From Botryllus schlosseri (lineage: Eukaryota): 64,000 nucleotides of DNA. The notes under the pieces were generated by a model, which saw nothing but the letters and a program-made list of their open reading frames with translations, did not search any database and was not told the DNA's origin. The translations under genes and the position numbers were made by a program. The stretch spans positions 4,404,001 to 4,468,000 of the forward strand of contig CM119373.1 of NCBI GenBank assembly GCA_051294905.1, given 5' to 3'. Shown piece after piece: positions 1 to 13,474 of the stretch; within the stretch, counting starts at the first letter, position 1, and each line of letters opens with the position of its first letter.

Positions 1-398
1 GTTGACTGATCAGTTTCCAGTTGAAATCTTGTTAAATCCACTTTTTATAACTCTGTTTGGTGATATCGAATGGTTCGCATTTATAAATATACTAATTTTC
101 CTCACTGATCGAATTTTTAAGTACCAGTACCAATCAGCGTAATCCAAATAGTGTGATTACTTTACTATTCTCCGAAATTTCAATGAAATGTAGGTCTTGG
201 CCGTCTGAATCTTGAGTCATATGACTTGGTTCGAGTCACGCGTAATGACTGGAGTCCAAGTCGAGTCAATACACTGATCGACTCGAGTCGAGTCATTTCC
301 ATATTTTACGAAAATGCCTCGAGTCAAGTCGAGTCATCAGAAAATCGTGACTCGAGTCGGACTCGAGTCGAGTCATGACTCGAGTCAGTACAACCCTG
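1..398 (-). mobile_element. hAT-type MITE with GACTCGAGTC subterminal repeats, truncated by window edge
   Basis: Ends in CAACCCTG at 398; clustered GACTCGAGTC motifs; 1-330 is the reverse complement of the internal part of the copy at 25214-25744. Confidence 0.8.
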
Positions 399-1171
399 AT
401 CTGTGATCCCTTCGAATCCATTCTGAAAGTCAATATTGCCTAAAGAGGAAACGTTTCAAACGTGTTCATGCATCTCTTTCTCTGATTTTCTCTAAATTTT
501 AGGGACCGCATTCAGCAAGAGCAAGATTACATCACAGGAATTAACCAAGTTTAGGAGTATGATGCGAAAACTGAAAGACTTGTTATCAAGCCAGCAGGTA
601 TTACAACTTTGTTAACGACACCTGATGTCAACTTTCGTAGTCGCATATATGAGGTAAACCAAAGCAGAGATGGTCAAAGTTACTAGCGTTGCTACTCAAG
701 TCGATGTAGAAATACCGCCGTCAATTTATACTCGAATACAAGTAGATGCAACAGTTCCCAATACAAGTCAAAACTACGTCAAGTGGAAGTAGGATACGAA
801 ATGTCGGAAGAATAGTCAAGTATGGTAAGCAGTTTTTCGGAAGTTTCTACTTTGAAAATTGCTATATGAATCTTTGCGACTAATATAAAATTACTAATGC
901 CATATGACCCTACTAATAGGAAGAATCTTCAAAAATATATTCAGTTATTCCTGATACAGGTGGTGTTGCCAGACTTTGACAACTAGATATTCTAATCTAT
1001 CTAATTATACTAATTGAAGCTATTCTAATTTGTGAAATGTTTCTATGCTCTAATTCTAATTCTAATCGAATTCCTGAAATCTGTCTATGGTCTAATTTTA
1101 ATTCTAATCTAATGTCTGGTCTTTCTGGAAATGCTACAGGAGAACTATATTGCGAAACAAGCCAAGCTTGC

Positions 1172-1854
1172 TGTACACTAGGGGTGTTAAAAATGACTCT
1201 TTATTCACAAATTCTACTAGCTACTTGATAAAATTGTTAGATTACCGAATTGAAGCTTGCACACCAAATTTGGTTCGATTCCAACCAACAGCCGCATTGC
1301 TACAGGAGAAGAAAGTTTTTTGTTTATTATTTAAAAATTAGTAAAAAAAATTCAAAATTTTCTGTTCACTCATGAAATTGTAAGGTTGTCTATAGAAACG
1401 ATGCCCACCAAATTTGGCTCAATCCAAACCAGCCGAAGCGGAGTTATTGATGTCGAAAGATTTAGATTTGAACAAAATAGTATTTACTGTGGGCACAACT
1501 ATAATAAATAATTAAAGAATTGGTCACCGTAAATACTATTTTATTCAAATCCAAAATTTTACGACGGCAATAACTCCGCTTCCGCAGGTTGGAATTGAGC
1601 CAAATGGGTTGAGCATTGTTTCTATAGACAACCTAACAATTTAATGGGGTGAACAGAAAATTTCAATTTTTTTTATTCATTTTCATATACGATAATAAAT
1701 AAATAAAAAACTTTCTTCTCCTGTAGCAATGCGGCTACTGGTTAGAATCGAACCAAATTTGGTGTGCAGGCTTGAATTAGGTAACCTAACAATTTTATCA
1801 AGTAGTCAGTACGATTTGAGAAAAATATTCAATTTTGAAGACCCCTAGTGCACA
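1172..1854. mobile_element. Foldback (long inverted repeat) MITE, one per tandem unit (also ~2944-4934 and ~6019-6563)
   Basis: ~330-bp imperfect inverted arms: CACTAGGGGTG...CCCCTAGTG; CCGCATTGCTACAGGAGAAG versus CTTCTCCTGTAGCAATGCGG; centre near 1510. Confidence 0.75.
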
Positions 1855-3293
1855 TATCAGATGACTTAAGGAGTTTAGAATCCAATCCAAATTGTCAACT
1901 AGACGTTTATACCTCATGGTTATTTTTTTCAATTTTAGGATGCTACTATACAAGATCATGTCAGGGCATTTCAACCAAGTCGACGTCACATTGAACTGTA
2001 AAACCGTATTCTGCGAAACAGTGATGGATCGTTATCAAACAGCACATATTGCAAGCTAATCATTAGCATCCAGCTAATTTGCTAATTTCCATGTATAAGG
2101 CAAGTCAAGGTTTTCTAATCAGACCTGTATCTGCAGTCGCTTTGAATCCATTCTGAAAGTCAATATTGCCCAACTAGGAAACGTTTCGTGTTTTGGATTA
2201 ATACCAAGTAGTCAAATTTAAATCAAGTCCATGCATCTCTTTCTCTGATTTTCTTCAAATTTCAGGATGCTGCTTAAAGACTGCATGCTGCAAGAGCAAG
2301 ATTATATCACAGGAACTAACCGAGTTTAGGAATATGCTGCGACAACTGAAAGACTCGTTATCAAGCCAGCAGGTATTACAACTTTGTTAACGACACCTGA
2401 TGTCAACTTTCGTAGTCGCATATATGAGGTAAACCAAAGCAGAGATGGTCAAAGTTACTAGCGTTGCTACTCAAGTCGATGTAGAAATACCGCCGTCAAT
2501 TTATACTCGAATACAAGTAGATGCAACAGTTCCCAATACAAGTCAAAACTACGTCAAGTGGAAGTAGGATACGAAATGTCGGAAGAATAGTCAAGTATGG
2601 TTAGCAGTTTTTCGGAAGTTTCTACTTTGAAAATTGCTATATGAATCTTTGCGACTAATATAAAATTACTAATGCCATATGACACTACTAACAGAAAAAT
2701 ATATTCAGTTATTCCTGATACAGGCGGTGTTGCTAGACTTGGACAACTAGATATTCTAGTTGTCTAATTATACTAATTGAAGCTATTCTAATTTGTGAAA
2801 TGTTTCTATGCTATAATTCTAATTCTAATGGAATTTATGAAATCTTTCTATGGTTTACGGTAATTTTAATTCTAATCTAATGTCTGGTTTTCCTGAAAAG
2901 GCTACAGGAGAACTGTATAGTTCGAAACGAGCCAAGCTTGCGGTGCAGTAGGGGTGTTCAAAAGTGACTTTTTATTCTCAAATTCTACTGGCTACTTGAT
3001 AAAATTGTTAGGTTACCTAATTGAAGCTTGCACACTAAATTTGGTTTGATTCCAACCAGCAGCCGCATTGCTACAGAAGAAAGTTTTTTTAAATTTATTA
3101 TATAAAAATGAGTCAAAATTTTCTGTTCACCCATGAAATTGTTAGGTTGTCTATAAACGATGCCCACCAAATTTGCCACAATTCAAGCCAGCCGAAGCGG
3201 AGTTACTGATGTCGAAAAATTTGGATTTGAATAAAATTGTATTTACGGTGGGCACAACTGTAATAAATGATTAAAGAATCGGTCACCGTAAAT

Positions 3294-4612
3294 CAGGGGC
3301 GGGCAACATACGGCCCGAGGGCCGGATCCGGCCCGTCGAGAGTTTTTACTCTGAAAGTGAAATTTTATTCTGAAAGTATTGACAAATTTTTTGCGTCACA
3401 TAATGAATCCAAGTTCGCCAACCTGAGAAAGATGGACATTAAACTACTTGCTCTGTTCGGGTCTACAACATTTTAGACCATGAACCAGTGTTGGGATGAC
3501 TCGAGTCACCATGGGAAAATGACTTGACTTGACTAGACTTGACTCAACGCTTCAGAAATGCAGACTGACTCATGACTCGAAGCAAAATTTACGAGTCAAT
3601 TTCAAGTCATCAAGTAATCGATGTCGACTAAATCGCTGTATCTTGTATAAGTTCGGATTGCCAACCAATGAATCAATGATTGTACGCTTTACCGAATCTC
3701 CATTGTTGTATCACAAATTGATCGCAAACGCAGTGATGGGAGCTTATACAACAGCTTACGTTCTCGTAAACTTGCTTACCTCAACCAACCCTCTTGTATA
3801 TAACTTGAATAAAACGAATATCGCTCATACGTTTATAATTGTATATCAATGATATGTAGGTGGGTAGGGTATTGAACTAGCCCATATTATTTTTAAACTT
3901 TCTGAGGTTTCGTATGTTATCCTGTAATTTGGCTGATATTCTAAGACTAAGGCTATACCGCTTGGCGGCTATACTGGCGTAGTTGAGCAGTTCTATGCGT
4001 GAGCGATACAGCGCCTTTTGCGCGCTTAATCAATTCTTTATTCATTCCTCGATTCAGAATAAATCGGTACTTCATCTGTATTTAAAACAGTTCCAACAAA
4101 ATGTAATGACTTTGAATCATGTCTAGTAGCCTACTCTGAATTTTCAACTTGACTTGAATCGTGACGTGACTTGACTTGTCACGACTTGACTCGAGTCAAA
4201 ATGTGCAATGACTTGAGAGGACTTGTGACTTGAATGTAGTGACTTGATCCCAACACTGCCACGAACATTAACGAGGGAGGCTGTGTTCCAATATAACTGA
4301 TGTTCTCGTGCAGTCTTTACTAAGGGTTTCGGCATACGACATGCAACCAGATTTCAAAAAACTAGTTGACAATATTGAACGACCACATATGTCTGATTGA
4401 CTTCAATAGCTTCTGTAAATAAATTCATTACATACTGTTTTTGGTCTCTATGCTTTAAACTTGAAATCTACATTAAATACAATTGATTACTTGTATATGT
4501 GGATAAATAGGCTACGCGATTAAGGCATGATGTATATAATCTGTAATCCGGCCCGCCAAGTGCTTCATTTTCCCATATCCGGCCTGCCAACCGGAGAAGT
4601 TACCCGCCCCTG
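3294..4612 (+). mobile_element. Non-autonomous hAT (SPIN/Charlie-like) deletion derivative
   Basis: TIRs CAGGGGCGGGCAAC / GTTACCCGCCCCTG; perfect 8-bp TSD CCGTAAAT; transposase C-terminal remnants (KFANLRKMDIKLLALFGST; QSLLRVSAYDMQPDFKKLV). Confidence 0.85.
3486..4258 (+). mobile_element. hAT-type MITE (CAGTGTTGGGAT termini) nested in the 3294-4612 element
   Basis: TIR CAGTGTTGGGAT/ATCCCAACACTG; TSD CCATGAAC/CCACGAAC; GACTT/GACTCGAGTC subterminal repeats; sister copy at 45457-46449. Confidence 0.85.
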
Positions 4613-7027
4613 CCGTAAATACTATTTTATTAAAATCCAATATTTTTCAACGGCAATAACTCCGCTTCCACTAGTTGGAATTGAGCCGAATCGGTTGAGC
4701 ATTGTTTCTATAGACAACCTAACAATTTAATGGGGTGAACAGAAAATTTCAAATCTTTTTTTATTCATTTTCATATAATAAATAAAAAACTTTCTTCTCC
4801 TGTAGCAATGCGGCTACTTGTTGGAAACAAACCAAATTTGGTGTGCAGGCTTTAATTAGGTAACCTAACAATTTTATCGAGTAGCCAGTACGATTTGAGA
4901 AAAATATTCAGTTTTGAAGACCCCTAGTGCACATATCAGATGAGTTTAGAATCCAATCCAAATTGTCAACTAAACGTTTATACCTCATGGTTATTATTTC
5001 AATTTTAGGATGCTACTATTCAAGATCATGTCAGGGCATTTCAACCAAGTCGACGTCGCATTGAACCGTAAAACCGTATGCTGCGAAACAGTGATGGATC
5101 GTTATCAAACAGCACATATTGCAAGGTAATCATTAGCATCCAGCTAATTTGCTAATTTCCATGTATAAGGCAAGTCAAGGTTTTCTAATCAGACCTGTAT
5201 CTGCGGTCACTTTGAATCCATTCTGAAAGTCAATATTGCCCAACTAGGAAACGTTTCGGGTTTTTCATTAATACCAAGTAGTCAAATTTAAATCAAGTCC
5301 ATGCATCTCTTTCTCTGATTTTCTTCAAATTTTAGGATGCTGCTTAAAGACTGCATGCTGCAAGAGCAAGATTATATCATAGGAACTAACCGAGTTTAGA
5401 AGTATGCTGCGAAAACTGAAAGACTCGTTATCAAGCCAGCAGGTATGACAACTTTGTTAACGACACCATGTGTCAACTTTCGTAGTCGCATATATGAAGT
5501 AAACCAAAGCAGAGATGGTCAAAGTTACTAGCGTTGCTACTCAAGTCGATGTAGAAATACCGCCGTCAATTTATACTCGAATACAAGTAGATGCAACAGT
5601 TCCCAATTCAAGTCAAAACTACGTCAAGTGGAAGTAGAATACGAAATGTCGGAAAAATAGACAAGTATGGTACGCAGTTTTTCAGAGGTTTCTACTTTGA
5701 AAATTGCGATATGAATCTTCGCGACTAATATCAAATTACTAATGGCATATGACACTACGAACAGAAAGAATCTTCAAAAATATATTCTGTTATTCCTGAT
5801 ACAGGCGGTGTTGCAAGACTTGGACAACTATAGATATTCTAGTTGTCTAATCATCCTAATTGAAGCTATTCTAATTTGTGAAATGTTTCTATGCTCTAAT
5901 TCCAATTCTAATCGAATGTATGAAATCTTTCTATGGTCTAATTTTAATTCTAATTAATGTCTGGTTTTCCTGGAAATGCTACAGGAGAACTGTATAGTGC
6001 GAAACAAGCCAAGCTTGCTGTACAGTAGGGGTGTTAAAAATGAATTTTTATTCTCAAATTCTACTGACTACATGATAAAATTGTTAGATTACCGAATTGA
6101 AGCCTACTTACACGCCAAATTTGGTTCAATTCCAACCAGTAGCCGCATTGCTACAGGAAAATAAGGTTTTTTTATTTATTATTTAAAAATTGATAAAAAA
6201 AGTCAAAATTTTCTGTTCACCCATGAAATTGTAAGGTTGTCTATAGAAACGATGCCCACCAAATTTGGCTCAATTCAAACCAGCCGAAGCGGAGTTATTG
6301 ATGTCGAAAAATTTGGATCTAGATAAAGTAGTATTTACGGTGGGCACAATTGCAATAAATGATTAAAGAATCGGTCACCGTAAATAGTATTTTATTCTAA
6401 TCCAAAATTTTGCGACGGCAATAACTCTGCTTCCACTGGTTGGAATTGAGCCAAATCGGTTGAGCATTGTTTCTATAGACAACCTAACAATTTAATGGGG
6501 TGAACAGAAAATAGCCAGTAGAATTTGAAGGAAAAAGTCATTTTTGAACACCCCTACTGCACAGTGTACAGACATTTGCTATTCTCATGCTCATAAGATG
6601 AACTATGATTTGATATTAACCGAGTTTGATTCAACTTTTCGCGACTTCAGTAATTCTAATTCTAATCTAATTTGAAAAAAAAAAACTGTTAGCTAGAATT
6701 ATAATTTTAATCTAATTTCAAACTGTGTAGCTATAATTTTAATTCTACTCTTATTCGAAAAAAGACTTGTAGTTCTAATTTAATTCCAATCTAATTTGGA
6801 AAAAGGGAACGTTTTCTAGTTGTCCAAGTCTGCCTGTTAAATACGGTTTTCATGAAAACAATCCATAAATTTTCGTCTTGTCGATGCCTAATTGCCCACA
6901 CATACAGTGATCGTGTGTGATGTGAATATGTTTCCTATAGCGGTAAGTTCACCCTATCGGGCCACAGTCTGTGCTGCAATGCCTTAGAAAGTGAAACATC
7001 TGATTTTTGTAAGTACTTTGTGAAAAT

Positions 7028-8295
7028 CAGAGGTGGTCAAAGTAGTCAAGAAAGCTAATCAAGTAGAAGTAGAAGTAGCAACGAAAAAATCTACTCAAGT
7101 ACGAATAGAAGTAGGCCTACTTCTTCCATAAGCAGCCTAAAACTACTTGAAGTATATGTAGAATTGACTGACTTTAAATCTGCTCAAGTAAGTAAGTAGT
7201 TTTGAAATGGTCTTAATTCGTTCGCATGAACTGTCAAAAGCTGCAAATTGAGCTATGTGGAAGGTGCAGAGAGCTTGATTCGTGTTTATGCACATCCCAG
7301 GAGGTATCAATTTTCGACAAAATATTCCCATCCTGGGATGCAATTTATAGTATTGATATGAAAATACGATACTAACTCCTGTTTACTATAAAACCCCGTC
7401 TTAGAGAATATCATGACATGACGCCCTACCCCATATTATAAGGTCATAAGTTAAGGCGAAGAGCAATACGGAGAAGTTGTATCTGATACGGTTTCAACAC
7501 TTTGCACGATTAGTGTACATTAATTACAAATATTGTGGATCGTAAAATTTATATTTAGTGTAGCTTTATTTTCGGAAAATAGAGGCATTACTATTCACTT
7601 GCTTTTATGCTTCAACATGTATGTTCTGCAGACACAAGAACTGAAATTAATTAGAACTCAAACTATGTTACTCGGAATTGAAAGTGAGATATAAATACCA
7701 CTTCTAAAAAGCGGAAAATGTATTTCATGTCTTTTGTCCATAAAGCTGCAAAAGTGATCTGCTAAAACAGGTGTAACGTTCAAAAAAGCCGGATTTCCAG
7801 ATTAGCAGGACACGTCATGGGCTGCTAGATTACGAAATGATAGGTCATTGCTATAATGCGAAACGGTAGTTTCAAATCTTATGGTGGGCCATATTTACTG
7901 TGATGAAATATTTGTGGTGTGAGCGGAATCAACCAATCCGATACCTAAATAATATTCATTGATACTTTCATGAAAACATATTTCTCACTCCATATAACTA
8001 CTGTTTGCGAAGCGCAACAAAATTTCTGGGCTTTGCTTGACTTTTATGAATATTAAATGCTCATACTATATATAAACAGCCCCGAAATTCCTCAGGCCAA
8101 ACTTCGTATTGGGAGATTAAACTACTTCTACTTGACAAACTGAAAATAGCATAGAGTAATAAGTAGATCACAAAATATTGTTAAGTAGAAGTAGAAGTAG
8201 ATAAAATCGGATCTACTTGAGTAAGTACCAAAAGTAGAGTAAAACTACTTATGTACTTCTAAAAAGTAGAAGTACTTCGTTAGTGACCACCACTG
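7028..8295. mobile_element. hAT-type MITE with AAGTAG subterminal repeats
   Basis: CAGAGGTGGTCA...TGACCACCACTG; 8-bp TSD GTGAAAAT/GTAAAAAT. Confidence 0.8.
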
Positions 8296-8423
8296 GTAAA
8301 AATATATATACTTCGTAACGGCTTCTATTTTTGTGGTCTTTCGTTAAATTATCAATCTTCCAGTTTATTCATGTTAGCATATGTGCCTGTTAATTGGGTT
8401 GTGAATATGCATTTTTATTTCAG

Positions 8424-8892
8424 GATGATGCCACAAGTTTTTGCTGAAGATGGTGACTCAACCTTCGCCGTACCAGGGTGGATTGCGAAAACCAGGAGGA
8501 GGCGCCTTCCCAATATTACATGGGCAACGTTTTTCGGGCAGCATTTCCAGTGGATTTCTTTTCTCCGTCGCTGGGATCTCTGTTTTGGTTATTTCACGAA
8601 ATATGTTTCCATTTTATGTTATTATGGTTCAATTTATATCGAATATATGCATTATGCAATCAAGGCTGTTTATTTGCAATAGTCGGCCATTTGGAAGAAG
8701 ATACAGGATTTCAAGTAGGGTGTCTATAGGGAAAATACACCCCTATCAATTCTAATGGGTGGGGTGGAATATCCGATATACACCGCAAGGAATGGGGTGG
8801 ATTCTTGTCATACACACCGGCAGGGTTACGTAAGTTCTGTTTTCGTGTACCACCTTTTGGGGTGTGCATAACCACTCTTTTCGCTAAGAGTG
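8424..8892 (+). mobile_element. Right end of an EnSpm/CACTA-like relic with a degenerate terminal exon
   Basis: Terminus CTAAGAGTG (CACTCTTAG on minus); GGGGTG subterminal repeats; TTTCAG acceptor followed by frameshifted protein-like sequence (PQVFAEDGDSTFAV / CENQEEA...VFRAAFP) loosely like the 13475 and 59200 exons. Confidence 0.4.
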
Positions 8893-9899
8893 CAGTATTA
8901 TTAAAGCACTGCTAGAAACAAACACTCGCTACCGCCCGTCTTATTCTCTTAGTCAACAGGTGTTTGCGCAGTAAAAATGACCATTTTTAATCATCGGGCA
9001 GATTTATCCTAAGGGGGGAATTTTGGCTAAAATTTCGGCCAAGGGAGGCACGAGATAAAAAAGGTTGGGAACCACTGATCTAACTGTAGCAAGACTGCGT
9101 GCGCATTGATAAATAATTGCGATGTAGACACCGTAGTCAGAATGAAGCAATACAGTGTGTCATCAGCAGTATACGCATAACTTCAGTGTTGTCAGCCAAT
9201 AACTGCTGCTGTTGAACGTTCTTTATCCATTCTTGGCAAGCTATACTTAGTAAGGAAAGACACTTTCTACCCCAGAATGTAGGAAAGTATCATTCGTTGT
9301 ACCACTACAAATTTTATTTATTTCTACCATGATGCGTGATGTAACTACTGGATTTTTTCATTGGGCCAGACTTCGTTAAAATAAAGTTTTTTCGCCTAGA
9401 CATTTGTCAGTTGTTGAGTAAAAAAAAGGATTTTCAGGCCAAACTACTTCGTACGGACAGGCAGTTCCAACCAGAAATGAAGATAAGTGGTACAATTCTA
9501 ACAATATGAGGGAAAACGCCTAATTTGTTTACGTTAGGTCAGAATGTGGTCCAAATTAGGTTCTTTAAGGTCAAAAAATATCAAAATTATGATTTTAGGT
9601 CAATATTTTCCGCTTTTACGTCAAAAAATTGCCCTAGTGATTACTGACAGGGTTTGTCACGGCGCATTCGAGATGACGGTTAATAAAAATTAGATCAGCT
9701 ACTTTGCAACTCACAGAAATAAGGAAAACTGCCCAGACACGAGTTTGAATCAGAGACCCGCGGTCAAGGGAACACCTCACATAGAGTAAGGATAACAAAA
9801 AAACATGGAACCACCTTAATTGAATATTGGCATTAATCAGCTGATTTTTATGAATGACAAATGTTGAAAATATCACAATCACAGTGACACTTATATTCG

Positions 9900-10110
9900 T
9901 ACACTCTGTGCACTGTGACTGTGTCAAAACCAATGTGATTTTTACGAATACACAACCGCCCCCTTCAACGCGCAAAGACGCGCTTCATGCATTTCAACAA
10001 AGTAATGTAGTGCACGAATATAAGTGCCGCTATGATTGTGGCTACGTGGGAAGAATGTCAAAGCGTTTGCAGGAACGCCTAGCCAGCATGTCCCCAGATT
10101 TTTCAGAACA
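9900..10110 (+). mobile_element. Penelope-like retroelement GIY-YIG endonuclease remnant
   Basis: KDALHAFQQSNVVHEYKCRYDCGYVGRMSKRLQER then (frameshift) QHVPRF matches the PLE GIY-YIG pattern; possible C-terminal continuation SPFHLSA...YKPIKLC at ~11690-11757. Confidence 0.7.
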
Positions 10111-10139
10111 CGTGCATCACGCTCGGTGAGAAGCTCACC

Positions 10140-11530
10140 CTTAACTCATCCTCACCACGATCTCCCCGACTAATAAAACCAACATTAGTACTGAATATAA
10201 CCAATTCAAACTGAGAGTAACTAATGGGAAACGAAATCTTCGAATATCTATCAGGAGCTCTTCTTGTCCGTGAAGAGCGTCTAAGAGTCGAACTGCTTTG
10301 AGCATTGTCATTTTCAGCGATTAGAGCAGGGATTGTGGCGTCCTCGCTACAGAATTCAACGGCTTGAGTGACCTTTTCTTCTCCGATTTCGCTGGAGGAC
10401 ATATCCAAGTCTGATTGAGCAGGAAGAGTTATATTTCTGTGTGGCGAGGATTCGGTTACCTCGGTCATACGTGGATAAGGAGCAAGGTCTGTAGTGGAGA
10501 CGGTCCACTCTCTTCCATATGGATAGCAAATCAAAGCAGACGTTGGATTAGCATGGAGCAAATACACTTTATCGCACAAAGGATCACTCTTATCGCGGAC
10601 GAACTTACGCAATAGAACTGTGCCCGACCTGAAGAGCCAATCATAGGCAATTTGTAGCCGTGCACAGAAGCGACCTGATACAATGCAATGCGTCCGGTAG
10701 TACCTCCTCTCATGAGGACAGTGGCATTTGTGGGCAAGCTGTAGTTTTACTGTTCTTCAAACAGTTTGGTTGGTTCTTTCACATTGAGAATTACCTGGTG
10801 GGTGATAAGGGGTTGATTGACTTGTTGTAACACCTTACTTCGTTAGGAAGTCGTTCATTCATTTTCGACATAAATGAAATCGATCTATCGCTGTGTACGT
10901 ACATATTCAGGTAATCCAACGAGAGTGACCAACGTCAATAGACATTCGATGGTGGTTTCTGACGTCATATTGTAGCAAATGGCAATCGTGAATGTTAGTC
11001 GACAATGATTAAATTAAATTTACGTTTACCGTAGACCGGACCTTCGAAATCGATTGATATTCTTTGCCAGGGATAAATGGCTTTTACCAGTTGGTGAGAA
11101 TCTCCTTTATAAAATCTAGGTTTGAGTTCTGCTCATATACGGCAGCTGGAATATGTACGTTTCACGTCGTCCGTGGAAAACGGTAAATCCTAGGATTTAA
11201 CAAGGTGGGACAATCGACAACTCCGGGATGACCAAAGTTGAGCATAGATTTCATTGTAATTTTGACCTGAACCGGTTACGGAGCAAATACGAGACAAGGT
11301 GTCTGCAGCGTCGTTTCGATTCCCTCGCGATGCGAGATGTCATAGCTGGAAGAGCTGAGTTCCAGACGCCACAGCGCAAGTTTTGTATTCTTGATTTTGC
11401 TATGATGCTTCTGAAATAGTCCTACGTAAGAAAAAGCTCTTTGATCTGTAACAAGAAGGTATTTCTGATTGGCAAGCAAGTAATTCCTCTTCCGAACCGA
11501 TTCAATGATTGCGAGAGCTTTCTTTTCAAA
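10140..11530 (-). mobile_element. Decayed Ty3/Gypsy pol fragment (RNase H end, integrase core and tail)
   Basis: LLVTDQRAFSY...KIKNTKLALWRLELS (RNase H); STPYHPPGNSQCERTNQT (integrase core); LLHANPTSA...GREWTVSTTDLAP and LRRSSRTRRAPDRY (tail); many stops and frameshifts. Confidence 0.85.
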
Positions 11531-12211
11531 TTCGTTCCGAATCGGTTCGGAAGAGGAATTACTTACTTGCCAATCAGAAATACCTTCTTGTTACAGATGC
11601 TTAACCAGGTGAAGACAGTGCAGGAGAGAAGTGAACTCAACCGTTTTGACACTACAAAATCTGATCGCTACCGAATTCAGAAGATCGATTGTTCTCCTTT
11701 CCATCTGTCGGCAGAGAGAGATTGGTGTCAGCGTTATAAACCAATCAAATTGTGCTTGACTATCAGGCGTCTTCACCGTGACGTTTTTTCTGCCTAGCTT
11801 TGCCAGGTTCGTGAGCACTTGAGCGTGGAGTTATTGTGATGTCATGAGTCATCGGATGTTGTTTACCGCTGCACACTTGAAGTTCGAATTATCGTCCATA
11901 CCGGCGAATTGCAGTTCCGAGACTACAGCGATGGAAGGGAATATGAATTAAGTTCTTGTTGAGATAAGTTAAGTAAGAGATTGTTCGGGTTATTTTTAAA
12001 TTATTTTACATGCTTGCTTAGATGTGTATTGGTAGTCAAGTGGTGTTTCGAATAGCAGATCAGTCATATTAATTGCTTGTTGGCGTTAGGCCTGTAAAAT
12101 AGGACGTCATATAAATACTGACTTTGACTTTTCCGTGGCCTAAAATGGTCAGGTTGGCGGCAGTAAACAGCGTGATACTTGTCAAGTGCTCTGAACGTAA
12201 TGCGTACTACC

Positions 12212-12528
12212 TAGGCTAACCATACGTCCTCTTTTAAGAGGATTTGTCCTATTTTTTTTTTCGGAGTGAAAAACGGTGATTATAGAGAAAAAAACGGTAT
12301 TTTGAGCTCTGAGCGCAAAAGATGACCTTTTTTTTTAGTCATTCACCTGGCAATGTGGAGAGAAAAACGGTATTTTGAGCTCTGAGCGCAAAAGATGACC
12401 TTTTTTTTAGTCAACCGATCACAAAGTGGGAAAATTCACCGGTTTTTGAGAATTCTACTCCGGTTTTGCAAGTTGCAAATTTCTGAAAAAGTGTCCTCTT
12501 TTTAGATTTCCAAAATATGGTAAGCCTA
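12212..12528 (+). mobile_element. hAT-type MITE (TAGGCTTACCATA family; other copies ~17653-17997 and 52747-53059)
   Basis: TAGGCTAACCATA...TATGGTAAGCCTA; perfect 8-bp TSD GTACTACC. The 52747 copy has TSD ATATATGA. Confidence 0.85.
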
Positions 12529-13474
12529 GTACTACCAGATTGTTGATATTTTAATGCTAAACCGCGGAAGATTGCCGTTACCCCTCGCCGAATCTTGACG
12601 TGTTGTGGTTATGGCTTTGACATTGTTTGTTAGTGCATTCATTAATGTAGGCTATGTATATTAACAAAAAATGGGATATGCTCAACCATCTATTCTGTCT
12701 GCAATATCCGTGACTGAATTTACAATCGTTAAAACGGTTGGCATTTCCACTGTTCAGCCAAATACTATATCTTGTAATAATTTCTGATTACAAATGGCGT
12801 TTCGCAAAGCAATTTCTGGGTGTCCACACACTCAATTGGCAACATGAATGATAACCTAATTTTTAGGCCCAGATTCAGATCATCACGCCGTATATTTAGG
12901 CGATTACAAGTATATAAGTGGTGATCTGCAAGCCATGTTAGTGTTATATACTTCAAGTGGACATCTTGAGTAGTACAGCTTTTTCAAAAAGTAGAACTAA
13001 ACGCATAATTTCAGCTGTATTTCGAAGGTGGCCACTTTTCAACTCGATAGATGCATATTCGCAACTTACTCAATATGAGTAATAACATGAAAGTTGCAGT
13101 AAAATAGAGTTAAAAAATTCAAAAACTTTTGAGGGTGTCCAGCCCGCAGGACTGGACGGTCAAAAAGAGGTCGGCATGGTGACGATAAAAAAGTTGGTGT
13201 CAGCGTGAGCTGCTGACTAACACCTGGTTGTCAAGTCCATCTAATGTTCATATGCCCGAGTTAGAGGCTTTAAACGCAGTTAACAAGGCTATACTGAAGT
13301 AGAAGTAGGAAGACATAATTTTACTCGGTACGAGTTATGTTGTAAACCAGCTACAAGTAGAAGTAGTTTGACAGTCTTTTGATACTACTCAAGTGAGCAT
13401 GTATTTTTGAATAGTTATAATACACTGCCAATATGTATGTTTGACCTGTTTCACAATACCAAACCTTTCTTCAG

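Larger units (their letters stand above)
414..6570. repeat. Tandem triplication of a ~1.73-kb TE-derived unit (units start ~414, ~2144, ~5214)
   Basis: GAATCCATTCTGAAAGTCAATATTGCC recurs at each unit start and long blocks are near-identical. Unit 2 is lengthened by the 3294-4612 insertion; unit 3 has an internal deletion near 6510. Confidence 0.9.

Noticed and set aside
1037..6164. Repeated short ORFs such as MFLCSNSNSNR as a small-protein family
   Set aside because: They arise from CTAATT repeats in duplicated MITE sequence, with frames not conserved.
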